27,856 nt of DNA from NCBI RefSeq assembly GCF_000372725.1, contig NW_005202176.1, forward strand, positions 442,188 through 470,043, read 5' to 3'. Below, piece by piece: positions 1 through 10,771 of the stretch (the first letter of the stretch is position 1; every line of letters starts with the position of its first letter). Source of the DNA: Emiliania huxleyi CCMP1516 (Eukaryota). A program made the position numbers and the translations under genes. The notes beneath the pieces were generated by a model, which made no database searches, was not told the origin of the DNA, and saw only the letters and a list, made by a program, of their open reading frames with translations.

Positions 1-3000
1 GCTCGAGGAAGGCCACGCGGAGCACCACCTTCCCGGAGTTTGAGCCGCTCTGCAGGTACCGGAACGCCGCGACCGCCTCGCTCTCCAGGTCGAAGAGCTC
101 CAGCGGCAGCCCGTGCAACACGAGCCGCCGGGCCCGCGCCGCCAGCTGGCGCAGCGCATGTTGGGTCCACTCCGGAGCGTGCTCCATCGTCGCGTCGAGC
201 GCAAGCACCTCGTAGCGCAGATGCGCCGCCGACGACCACGCCCGCGCCGACGACCACACGCCGCGCTTGCCGATCTCGGCGAAGGTGCCGCCCTCGCGAG
301 CCAGCGCCACCGAACAGGCGATGAAGTCGCCGGAGAGGCTGTTGAGCACGCAGTCCAACCGCCGCGAGCGCAAGGCCGCCAAGCCCGAAGCGTACGCGCC
401 GCCGTCGCGCGAGCTGCCCATCCCCCCCTCCAGGCCCAATGCGCGCAGAACGCGGTGCTTGCGTGGCCGCCCCGCGGTCGTGCCAGTCGCTAGCCGAAGC
501 CAGTGGCTGTACTCCACAGCCGCAAGGCCAACTCCGCCCGCGCCCGCATGCACGAGCAGCCGGTGCCGGGCCAGCGGACGCGAGCCGCAAAACGCGGCAT
601 GCACCGTGCTCCACACCGTCGGCAGAGTGCACGCCGAGGCGGGCGACAGCTCCGCCGGCCGCGCCGCCAGCAGCCGCACGTCAGCGCGGGCGAGCGAGGC
701 AAGCGCCGCCACCGCGTGGCCAAGCACACACCCGCCAACCGCCAGCTCCGCCCCCGCCGCCGCGCCGAGAGCCGCCACGCGCGCCGCACAATCCGAGCCG
801 GGCGCACCCGGGTCGCCGGGGTACGCACCCAGCACGTTGAGCACGTCGCGAAAGTTGAGGCCGACGCACCACACCCGCAACGAAGCCTCGCCGTCCGCCG
901 CTACGCCGCTCCCGACCGGCTGCGGCACCACGCGCAAACTCGTCAGCGAGCCCCGCGCGTCAAAGCGAAGCGCGATGGGGCACGAAAGCGAGCACGCCGC
1001 AGCGACGAGCCGAGGCGCGAGAGCGACGTCGCCCACGAGGCGCAGCTCCGGCTCGGCCAAGCCCTGGAGGGCCAGCGCCGCCGCCGCCGGCTCCACGAGG
1101 GACACCGCCGCCGCGCCAGAGAGCGCAAGACAACCGAGCGGCGCCGATGGCGCCTCGCTCCGCGCCGACCGCGCGAGTCCCAGCAAGCCGGGCTGGTGCT
1201 CGTGGCTGTCCCGCGAGCGAGCGCCGCAAGCCCGCACCAGCCACAGAGGCACTTGGAGAGAGCCACCCGCCAGCTGTGAGCGCACCACGCCCAGCGCCGC
1301 CTCAAGCGCCCCGACCGGCTCGGCTGCCGCGCTCGTGCCCGCGATGCCACTGGGCGCCAACACCAAAGAGTCCGTCTGCCGCCCGCCGGTGACCTCGGCC
1401 GCCGGCGAGCGCCGCAGCCGCGGCCGGCACCTCCCGAGCACCAGCGCGCCACCGTCAGCGCCGCCAGCAGAGATAGGGAGAGCCGCCCCGCCGGCCGGCC
1501 GCCACGCCGTAGTGTACAAATGCCGCTCGCGATCCGACGCAGCCGACTCCGCAATCGCGCGGCTCTCAAAGCCGCTCAGCCGCACCGCTGGCGCGCTGCC
1601 ACACGCCGCGCCCGCGAGCCAGACGCTGACCAAGCTCCCGCTCTCCCGAGCAGCGACCGACCAGAGCCGCCCCGAGGCCTGTTGCAGAGCGGCTGCGCCC
1701 ACGGCGAACGGCAGCCGAGTGCAGCCGGAGCGGGTCTCGGAGACCAGCTGCGTGAGCTGCAACGCGCCGTCCAGGTCGGCCGGGTGCAGCTGCGTGCCAG
1801 ACAGCCTGGAGCGCTTGTGCAGCCGTGCCGTCGCTGCGCCGGCCGTGGACAAGCGCGCCGCAGCGAGCGTGCGGTACTCCGGGCCGTACTCAAGCCGCAT
1901 CGAGCGCGAGTGGGCGTAAAGCCGGCCGACACCCGACGCGCATGTGCAAGCGCTGGCGACGGACGGCAGGTCGAGCGGCGCGCTCGGCGAAGCGAGCGGA
2001 CACGACGCGCCGGCGCAGTGCGCCGTGTGATCTGTCGGCTCCTCGCCGACGCCGCTGATCTCGAACCGGCCTGCGGCCGTGTCGACCTCACAGCTCACGC
2101 GCGCCGCCGAGCCGTCGAGCACGAGCGGCTTCAGAAAGAAGACGCGCCGCAGCGCAGCGCCTGCTGACGGCACGCTGCCGTGGGCGGCTGCGCTGGCCGC
2201 CCGCGCCATCTCCAGATATGCCGCCGCGGGAAAGACGACCTGGCCGTCGACGATGTGGTCGGCGACCAACGCCGCCAGCCGACCGACCGCCGGGCTCCAC
2301 GCAGTCGTCAAGCTGCCGGCGCTCGACACGTGGGCGCGCAGCGGGTGGCAGCCCGCCCACGGCTCGAAGCGACGGCGCTGCATCACAACCGGCACGGCGC
2401 CCGACCGAAGCCGAGGACGCGACGTCCGCCGCTCGGCGTCGACCACGCACGACGCGATCGTCCCGCTGTAGCCGAAGGAGCTCACCGCCCCTGTCGCCGC
2501 CGCGCCACCGCCCACCTGGAGGAAAGGCGAGTGCTGCGACGGGAGCGACGCGGTCGGCGAGCCCTCAAAGACCGCCGCAATGTGCGGGTTGACCGTGCGT
2601 AGCTGCGCGTTCGGCGACGCGACGCCGCCGCCAAGACCGACGGCCAGCCGCAGCAGCCCGGAGCCGCCCGCCGCCGGCTCGCCGTGGCCGGCGTTGGCCT
2701 TGACGCTCCCGATGGGCAGCGTGCACTCGTCGCCGAGGTACGTCAGCACCGCCGCGGCGAGCGAGCGCATCTCGATCGGGTCGCCCAGCGCCGTGCCCGT
2801 GCCGTGCGCCTCCCACATCGACAGGTCCTCGCACGGCAGGGCCGCGTCCACCAGAGTCGCGTCGAGCAGCGCGTGCTGGGCTCGCCCGTTCGGCGCGGTC
2901 AGGCTCGCGCTCTTCCCGTCCTGCCGCACGCAGCTGCCTCGCATGGTAAGCGAGCATCTCGTTGCCCCAGCCGTCGTGCGCAGCGTGAGCGCGCAGCACG

Positions 3001-6000
3001 CCTCGCCGCGCGCGTACCCGTCGGCCCGAGCGTCGAAGGTGTGGCACCGGCCGCGCGCTGACAGCATGCCAGCCACCGCAAAGTTCACCGTCATTTGCGG
3101 GCTGAGCATGAGGAAGATGGATGCCGTGACGGCGCCGACGCATTCTTTGAGCTGCGTCGCCCGCAAGCCGGCGTGGCACGCCACCAGCGCGGCGGAGCAC
3201 GCCGTGTCGTACGAGACGCACGGGCCCTGCAGGCCGAGCACGTAGGAAAGCCGGCCTGAAGCGATCGAGTGCGCGCTCCCCGTCGCGGCGTACACGCTCC
3301 CGCCCGCCGGCGACGCGTGCAGCAAAGACGTGAAGTCACTGGAGATAGCTGCGATCGCCACAAAGACGCCGAACGTCGTGTCCGCCAGGGCCGCCCGCTC
3401 GAGGCCTGCGCCGCGCAGCGACTCGTAGCCCCGCTCGAGCAGCAACCGCTGCTGCGGGTCCATCGACTGCGCCTCGGCGCTCGACACGCCGAAACGCGCG
3501 TGGTCAAACAGCTCCGCGCCGTGGACAAACGCGCCGTGCCGCACGCGCCTCGCCACCTCGCCGTCGGAGGGGCTCGGCGCCTCAAGCGTCCAACGCTCGA
3601 CGGGCACCTCCGACACGAGGTTGGCGGCGCAATTTACCACTTTGCTCGCCGCACGCAAGTGACAAGCTCCTGCTGGCCAGAGGATACTTGCTCCCCCCGC
3701 AACCACCGCCAAGCGCTCGTCGCCCTGGCGACAAGCGGGGAGAAACTGCAGCCCCGGGAGCCGCGAGGCAGACGCCGCCGGCGGAGAGAGGCGGGAGTGA
3801 ATGTGTGCGGCGATCCCCTCGGCCGTGCCGAACTCGAAAACGATGGTGGACGAGAGGTTGAGCCTGAAGGTTGCCTCGAGCTGTGCGGCGAGGTACGTGG
3901 CTCCGAGCGAGTCCAGGCCGCCCTCCACGAGAGGGGAGTTGAGTTGGAAATCCGAGTTGCCGCTGACGCGGTGCACGGCCTGAAGCACCGCCTCCCCGAC
4001 CTCGGAAAGGCCGGGCGCCTCCTCGGGGTGCGCGCTCACGGTTGAAGAGAGGGACATCTCCGAGGACGACTCGGTCGTGCCCGAGTACCCGCGTGACGAC
4101 TCCGTCGTCGCCGAGTACCCGCGCACCGTCTCCACGGGCTCGCTCGACGGGGTGCGGTCAGCGAGCAGCGGTGGGCCGCCGCTCTGTCGAAGCGCGTCAG
4201 CGATCGCGTCAAGGCATTCTGGGTTGCGCACGGAGCCGCGGTCGCCAGTATCCGTGCCGGCGAGGAGTGCGCGGAGCATACGGCGCAGGTACTTGCCAGA
4301 GTACGTCTCGGGCAGCGCCGGCACAGCAATGAAGCGCGCTGGGACGGCCAGCGGGCCGAGCCGCGCCTTGACGAGGGAGCGCAAGCGAGCCTCGTCCTTC
4401 ATGCCGAGGGTGGCTTCGCGCTTTAGCACCAGGAAGGCGCAAGGCACCGTGCCGAGGATCGCGTCGTCGAGGCCACTCACGGCGACGTTGAGCAGGGGAG
4501 ATGCGTCGCTGTCGCGGTCACGCAGCAACGCGTTTTCAATCTCTTCGGTGCCAATCCGGTTGCCGCCGACGTTGATCACTTCGTCTGTGTTTCGGGGGCA
4601 ACGGCAGTGCGGGGGGGGGGAGGGGTTACTGAGCAAACGGAGCCTGGGTGGCCACTGCTGGGGGTGGCAAAAGGAGAATGGGGTGGAGGATACACGTGGC
4701 CCGGGTGACGGGAGGTGTGGGCGGGGGGGGGAGCGGTCCCAGGGGCGGGGGGCGGGGGGGAGGTGGGGGCGGGGCGAGAGCGCCAGAGCGGCCGTGGAAG
4801 GTGTAGGAGCCGTCAGCGTGTCGGATGGCCGCGTCGCCCTGGATGTAGCAGCCCTGGGAGAAGTAGGCCGCCCAGCGGTTCAGATCGCCGCTCCAGCCCG
4901 GCTCTCCGTACCCGTCGGAGCTCCACACCTGCGTTGGCGCGCAAGGGCTCCGCTCAAGGCTCGGCCACACCGTTCGCCCGCCGCATTCCCTCGCGTGCTC
5001 TGTCGCATCTAGGTCTCCTGACCGTGAGCGCCATGTAAGGGTACGGCCGCCGGATGACCACCTCTCCCTTCTCGCCCGCGGCGGCCTCGCGCCAGCCCTC
5101 GCCGTCCGCGACGAGCACGGCGGCGTCGATCCAAGGCAGGGGCCAGCTGCGCGCGTCTGGCTGAAGCGGCTGGTCGTTGTTGCCGTGGCATCGGCTCCAG
5201 ACGATGCCGCCGTGCTCGGTCGCCCAGTAGGAGTTGATGTAGTTTGGAGTGAGGTGGCGCATCGCAAAGTCGTGCACCACCGAGTTGACCTGCGGAGAGG
5301 GGCATGGGGGCCAGAGGGGTGAGCGGCGCGCCCTGGCGCAGCTCAACAGTCGGACCCCGATGAGGCGTTTGGAGGGCGAGCGGCATCCCGATGATGTCGA
5401 TGGACACCGAGCATGTCCATGTGGCGTTATAGCAGCCGTTTCCAATGCGGAACACATTCGCGGGTGCAAATTCACAGCCGCCAGCCAGAGTGCACGCGCT
5501 TTTGGGGATGCTGTCAGTCTGCACTCAGTACGGCAGGGCAGGCGTCACTCACCGGCTCGGCGCAGAACGTCCCGAGGCGCAGGCTGCTCAAGTCGTGGCG
5601 CGCGAGCATGGCCTCGGCTTCGGGGTTGGTCATGATCATCCGGAGGAAAGTGGAGCCGGCCTAGTGCGAGGCGTGACGGGAAGGCGTGTGCTCACGCCGG
5701 GGGCGACGCCACATAAGTCGGGCGCTGGTTTCCAGACTCGCGAAGAGGAACGGGGGGGGAGGGAGGTGCTAGGTCAGAGGAGGGTGGGGCGGTGCGCACC
5801 TTGAGCACGCTCACGCGGTGCCGAGCGATGACGGCGGCGAAGCGGTCGGGCGGAGAGACGGGCGAGCCGTCCAGAAGGACTGAGGGTGTGCGGCTGAGCA
5901 GAGCGGCGGAGATCATGTACGCCTGGCCCGTGATCCAGCCGGGGGTGGCAATCACGAGCAGCACGTCGCCCGTGGAGGGCGGCGCCGCTCTGGCGGCCGC

Positions 6001-7516
6001 GGCCGTGGAGGCGGCGGCGTCGGGGCTCTCGCTCGCCGTGGCGAAGCCGGCTACCGGAGGGGAGGCCGCTGGGGCGGCCCTGGGAGGCGCGTCTGGGGCG
6101 GGGGCCCTTGGAGGGGCGGCGGGGAGGTCGAGCGCGATCGCACTGGTGGCGCACAGTCCGAGCTGGAAGCCGGCGTGTGAGTGGACGATCCCCTTCGGCT
6201 TGCCCGTCGACCCGCTCGTGTACAGGATGAAGAGCGGGTGCGACGCCTCGACGGGCACCGGCGGCTCGACCCGCCAGAGCAGAGAGACGAGCTCGCGGTC
6301 TGACCAGTCCTGGCGCACCGTCTCTGCCGCCGCGCCGGCCGCCGCCTCGAGCGCGAGCTGGGCCTGGGCGAGGAGGCTCTCGGCGAGGGCTGCGCCCGCC
6401 GGCCAGCCTTGCGTCTGCACGGTGGCGGGCGGAGGAGGTTGGCGAGGGCGGGCGCGCAGAGACGCAGAGAGTGGGGAGCGGGTGCGGAGGTGGGGCGGGC
6501 GGAGAAGCAGCTTGTGTGGCCACACCTCGTCGCCGCTCGCCGGGCCGGCGAGGAGGGCCCTGGGCGGCCGAGGCGCCGCGGCGGCTGCCTCGCGCGAGGC
6601 GGCTGCGAGGCCGCTGCTCGTGATGAGGAGGGACGCGCCCACGTCCTCCAGCCTCGAGCTGAGGGTCATGGCGGAGGTGCCCGCCGCGACCGCGACGAAG
6701 GGCACGCCGATCCGCTTGGCTGCCTGCGACGGGCGGCGGGGCGCAGTGCGTCTCGCCTCGCGCGTGGTGGCCGCTCTGGCGCGGCGGGCAGGGGCTGCTC
6801 TCTCCCGTGTGAGAGCTGTGGGGCGGCGGCAGGGGCGGAGGCAGGGGCGGAGGCAGGGCACGCACCTGGATCCAGACGACAGCCTCTTCGCCGTTGGGGA
6901 GGTGGACGGCGATGCGCGGCGAGGGTGTGGTGCCAAGCGCATCGCGCAGCGCGCGCGCCGCAAGCGTCGATCGCAACAGCAGCTCCCGCCGCGACAGCCT
7001 CCTCGCCGGTCCTGAGACGGGCTCGCAGAGGAACGCTGTCTCGGCACCGCCGCCGGCTAGCACGGGCTCGTCGCACTCGTTGAAGGCGGCGTTGGTCTTG
7101 GCGCCGACGAACCAGCGTGCGGTGTGCGGCCCTCCCTCCTGGCGCACCACCGCACCCCACGGCGACCATGCGGCGGCGCCGCCGGAGAGCCCAGCCGCCG
7201 ATGCGCCGTCGGCCGCCCACCCAAGCCACTGGCCGGATGCCTGGTCCAGACGCAGCCACGCCCGGCGCTGGTCGTGGAAAAAGTAGAGCGAGCGGGCTGC
7301 CAGAGGGCCCCAGAGCCCCGATGGGTCTGTGTTTGCACTTGTCTGGAGTGCGGTGGCTTGCGCATTGCTCGAGACGCGTAGGCGACGAGCATTGTCCGCC
7401 GCGGCGGCTGGCCACTCCTGGGCGGCTCCTTCCGAGTCGCGCGCTGTTGCACCGGAGTTGGGTGGCGATGTGTTGACGTCTGGCTCGCCGTCGGATCGTT
7501 TCGTGGAGGTGCACAT
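1..7516 (-). CDS. Modular type I polyketide synthase, AT-less (trans-AT-like), 5' part: acyl-AMP ligase - ACP - KS - DH - structural KR - ER; continues beyond position 1
   Basis: Manual splicing gives in-frame exons 7516-6866, 6723-6526, 6414-5800, 5660-5553, 5289-5023, 4928-4784 and 4584-<1. The last exon has no stop to the window edge, hence its absence from the ORF track. Motifs: YTSGSTGKPKG, GRSDEVINVGGNRIG, PETYSGK (ligase); GLDSL (ACP); MDPQQRLLLE, DTACS, EAHGTGT, KANAGH, VSSFGYSG (KS); HIVDGQVVFP, HPADLD (DH); LNFRDVL, HAGAGGVG, SGKVVL (ER). Start uncertain: a strong acceptor near 7650 suggests a further upstream exon. Confidence 0.95.
15..965 (-). other. PKS enoylreductase domain (in cis)
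   Basis: VGLNFRDVLNVLGAYPG, LLVHAGAGGVGLAA, VLNSLSGDFI, FAEIGKRG, NSGKVVL. Boundaries approximate. Confidence 0.9.
1540..2360 (-). other. PKS dehydratase domain
   Basis: ADHIVDGQVVFPAAAYLEM (HxxxGxxxxP, His codon 2257-2255), LEYGPEYR, LHPADLDGALQ. Boundaries approximate. Confidence 0.9.
2440..3715 (-). other. Ketosynthase domain with intact Cys-His-His triad
   Basis: YDTACSAALVA (Cys codon 3199-3197), WEAHGTGTALGDPIE, GSVKANAGHGE. Followed directly by DH with no AT domain. Confidence 0.95.
3800..4010 (-). other. Acyl carrier protein domain
   Basis: SPLVEGGLDSLGATYLAAQLEATFRLNLSSTIVFEFGTAEGIAAHI; phosphopantetheine Ser codon at 3910-3908. Boundaries approximate. Confidence 0.92.
4065..4124. 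repeat. 30-bp tandem duplication in ligase-ACP linker
   Basis: gacgactcggtcgtgcccgagtacccgcgt / gacgactccgtcgtcgccgagtacccgcgc, encoding RGYSATTESS-RGYSGTTESS on the minus strand. Confidence 0.85.
4190..7340 (-). other. Loading adenylation/acyl-CoA ligase domain (ACS superfamily, Pcs-ligase-like)
   Basis: Spliced translation includes RWFVGAKTNAAFNECD, AAKRIG, HPLFILYTSGSTGKPKGIVH, PGWITGQAY, TFCAEP, NYINSYWATEHGGIVW, PYPYMALTVW, YIQGDAA and LPETYSGKYLRRMLR. Boundaries approximate. Confidence 0.9.
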
Positions 7517-7692
7517 GCCCTTCTGGCGGGGGACACGAGCGCACACGCGTAAGTCTGCCGCCGACACTTGTACCGCGTCTCTGAGTGCATCTCCGCGAGC
7601 TGGATTCGTTTCGGCGGCGGCGTCTGGGCGCGCGGCGAAGGTCACGCGCCTGGGGGGGATGCAGAAAGGGGAAAAGTAGACAGCAGCGGAGC

Positions 7693-7733
7693 TGTGTGTG
7701 TGTGTGTGTGTGAGTGTGTGTTGTGTTTGTTTG

Positions 7734-7764
<31 letters not shown>
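7693..7764. repeat. (GT)n microsatellite, interrupted
   Basis: Direct reading; lies just upstream of a minus-strand polypyrimidine/CAG acceptor near 7650, so it is probably intronic. Confidence 0.95.
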
Positions 7765-8737
7765 GAGAAGGCGTGTCTCTCACACTCATGAAGAGAGGAG
7801 GTTGCTGGGAGCCCTGGCGCTGCACCTAGGTGCAGCAAAATTGGCGTGAGCAACTGCGAGGCATGAAAGCCAAGAAGCCAAGTGCTAGCAGCGGCGGCGG
7901 CGGGCGACAGACAGAGCGGAGAGGTGGGTGAGTGGCACCGATCCCTACGCTTCCAGCCGCGCAGCACGGTGCCACCCTGGATGCTTGTGTGGGGTGCGGG
8001 GACGCCGCAGCCGGATGGATGCAGCCACGGTCGCACAGGCGGCTCGGTGGCCGTGTGTGCCGGCCGCCGTTGTGTCTTTCGGCCGCGACTAGCGACGGCG
8101 AATGGGCAACCTAGGAAGGGAGCGCGCCTGCTGCTCGCCGAATGTTCTCGGCCATCCATCTGTCTTTAGGCCGGCGTGTTTTCGCCAGGCCGCACACGTC
8201 GTCTCGAGCTCGTTGGGCCCGCGCGACAGCGTCTCGGTGTACGAAAAAGAAAACTCGTTGCGCGTGCCGTCCTCCCATCCCTCCCGTGGATTGCCTGTCT
8301 TCTTTCTTTCTTTTTCGCGATGCGCCCTCCTGATGCACTTGAGCACTTGACTTGAGCACTGGATATAGGGTCGATTCCGCATGGTAAACAGGACCCCTCG
8401 ATCGTCTCGCCGGTCGACGCACCCCCCGTTCGCGGGCAGGGTCTCTCGCGATGATCTACTTCTTGCTGCTGGCCTGCTTCTCTTCCTCACTCATGTACTC
8501 CGCCTCGGCGAAGCTGCATGCAGCAGCGGCACGCGTGTGCCTGCTCCTGCGGTGCACAGCCACAGGGACCTCGACCTGCTGGTCGGCACTTGTGCTCGGC
8601 GTCGTAGGCCACGCTGGTCGCTGCAACAGCACGACTCGCGGCTGGTTCACGACTACCCCGGAAAAAGTACCTCTCGCCACGGGGAGACGCCTCTACAGCG
8701 CCTGAAGACATAGAAAAAACAACGGCTACCTGACTGA

Positions 8738-9917
8738 GTCTACCCTAAGAGCGTCCCGCTCCCCGAGCCCGAGTCCCTTCCAGCTACCGACGCGATTCTC
8801 AATGGCACTTGCAAATCCACGTACCCGCGGCCGCGGGCGCTCGCTGCCATCAAGAATCACAAGGACTGGTTCGCGCACCAGGAGCTCGTCAAGGCGCGGG
8901 ATGTGCACGTCAAGAACTACCCGTCCCTCGGAGACAGCGCCGTCAACAACCGCGAAGCCGCGCGCTTCGTCTCCGCCTCAACGCCTTTCGCCGGCAAGGC
9001 CTTCGATGTCCGTGTCGACGGTACGTACGCCACCGCCCTCTCCTCCGACACCCTCCAGGACGAGCTCCAGCGGAAGCTCGGCCTTTGGCTCTCCGCGGCG
9101 CTTCCCACCCTTCGGGTCGCGCTCGAGCGGGGCATGCCAGTCGATTTCTTCGGCGACTACCTTTACAACAAGGCCCACCACCGGCGGCCCCACGACGGCG
9201 TCCTCGCCGCCTGGGAGGACGCGATGCGCGCCCCGGCCAACGCGCCGGTCGTGCACGGCGACAAGGAGAAACCAGAGCTCACCCGGCAGTACAACGAGGG
9301 GTACAAGACTGACCTCGCAGAACCCCATGCGGGGCCAGGAGGGTGCGATGACGTGAATGAAATCAAGCTCTGGACGCCCCTCCTCAAGACCTCCTCGACG
9401 GGCGTTGGCAACGCCTCGAGTGGCGGCACGCCCGCCTCCGTCGGCCACTCCTACGCCTTCGGCAACACCGAAGAGAAGGCCCGCCGCCTGAACATGGGCT
9501 GCAAGGCGCGCGGGCAGCCCAGCCAACCCTTCTCCCACAAGACCGGCCACGGCTACGTCAAGGCGCGCATCGCGGTTTCTACCACGACGCGATCTTTGTC
9601 AAGCGCAACAACTTCAACCTGCTGCTCCACGAGACGTTCGGCGGCGGCTTCTCGCCCACCGCCGTTCTCAAGCTGCGCCGCCTCGCGCGCAAAGTCGCGC
9701 GCGGCAGCGTTGACCGCACGGCCTACTCGCCCAAGTACTCGCTCTCTTTTATGTCCCACCATGCAGAGCGCATCTCTCTCTCTGTTGTGCGAGGCGTGAA
9801 CCGCGCCATTCGCTCTCACCTGGCAACCCTGTCTGCACGTCTCGCGCGCGCGTGAACAGGGCTCCAGGCCCCAAATTACGTGTGAGTGTTAGAGTTGTTT
9901 GGTATTGCTAAAAATCT
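8738..9917 (+). mobile_element. 5'-truncated, frameshifted non-LTR retrotransposon fragment (CRE-like C-terminal restriction-like endonuclease region)
   Basis: Frame open from 8738: REAARFVSAS...LQRKLGL...DFFGDYL...HRRPHDGV...KTDL...NEIK (PD-(D/E)xK-like). After a frameshift at ~9565 it reads FYHDA...LLHETFGGG...ERISLSVVRG...ARA* (stop 9853-9855). This resembles the post-RT region of CRE-clade elements; no RT domain is present. Confidence 0.65.
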
Positions 9918-9928
9918 CAAGACACAAC

Positions 9929-10548
9929 AAAAGGCGGGCGCACAACATGATGCTCCTTCGACTTAGGGAGCGGTTCAGATGCTGGGCGGGCTTCAGGCTG
10001 GTGCTCACGCGAAAAGGAATCGACGCGATGTACAAAGCATACAAGAAGGGGAGAAAGAAGAGGAGAGGCGCCAGTGATGACGAAGCAGAAGCTAGTGCAG
10101 ACGAGAGCAGGGCAGACCCGGGGACTGGGGAGCCGGAGCAGACGGCATCGGCCGCCGAGGGAACGTTGGGAAGAGGCACGAGGAGGGCGGCGACTTCGAC
10201 CGACTATGGAGGACCCGTCGCCAGACGACGCAGGGCAGAAGACGGTGAGGCGGAGCAGACGCGCAGGGTGAGACGAGGGAGGGAGCAGGACTTTGCGGAG
10301 ATCAGCAGGAGGATGTACGAAGAGATTAGGAGCAGCAGGGACCCGAGGGACCATGCGGAAGACGGCTAGTGCTAGTCCCCCATCGGGAGGACGACCCCGG
10401 CTAGTCGCCGACCACACCCACAAAGAACCCTGCACAAAGATCGCAAGGGCGGGGGCCTGTTCCTTTTTACCCATCTCACAGTAGAGAGGTGTCCGTTTTT
10501 ATTTATTTAGGGCGCACAACACGATTGAAGAAAGAAAGAAAGAACACA
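9929..10548 (+). mobile_element. Probable short 5'-truncated retroposon insertion with (GAAA)n tail and 11-bp flanking direct repeat
   Basis: CAAGACACAAC at 9918-9928 and 10549-10559; (GAAA)n-like tail ~10528-10544; contains a charged ORF end (stop at 10369) and a ~180-bp trailer. Confidence 0.5.
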
Positions 10549-10771
10549 CAAGACACAACCCACAAGGCGCAAGGGAGGGATGGGTGGACGGCACGGTTTG
10601 GCCAAGACATCCGTAAAATTGATACCTGAAAATACCTCAAATGAGTAAGACGACCGGTGTTTGCCAGCGCTCTCCTCGATGGCCTGTCCCCCTGATCGTC
10701 CTTCCAAAATCCTGCTCCTGCAGGTGGGGACCCTTTCCTCGTCGTGGGTCATTTCTTTCTTTTTTTTCTCG

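Noticed and set aside
40..7015. Long plus-strand ORFs (267-1919, 2580-3245, 4077-5012, 5792-7015 etc.)
   Set aside because: Antisense shadows of the GC-rich PKS coding strand; no motifs of their own.
8381..8713. Short ORFs, one with a hydrophobic start (MIYFLLLACF)
   Set aside because: No recognisable domain or supported gene structure.
8702..8725. CTGAAGA...GAAA resembling a hammerhead ribozyme core near the retro-element 5' end
   Set aside because: No pairable stem II or stems I/III could be found.
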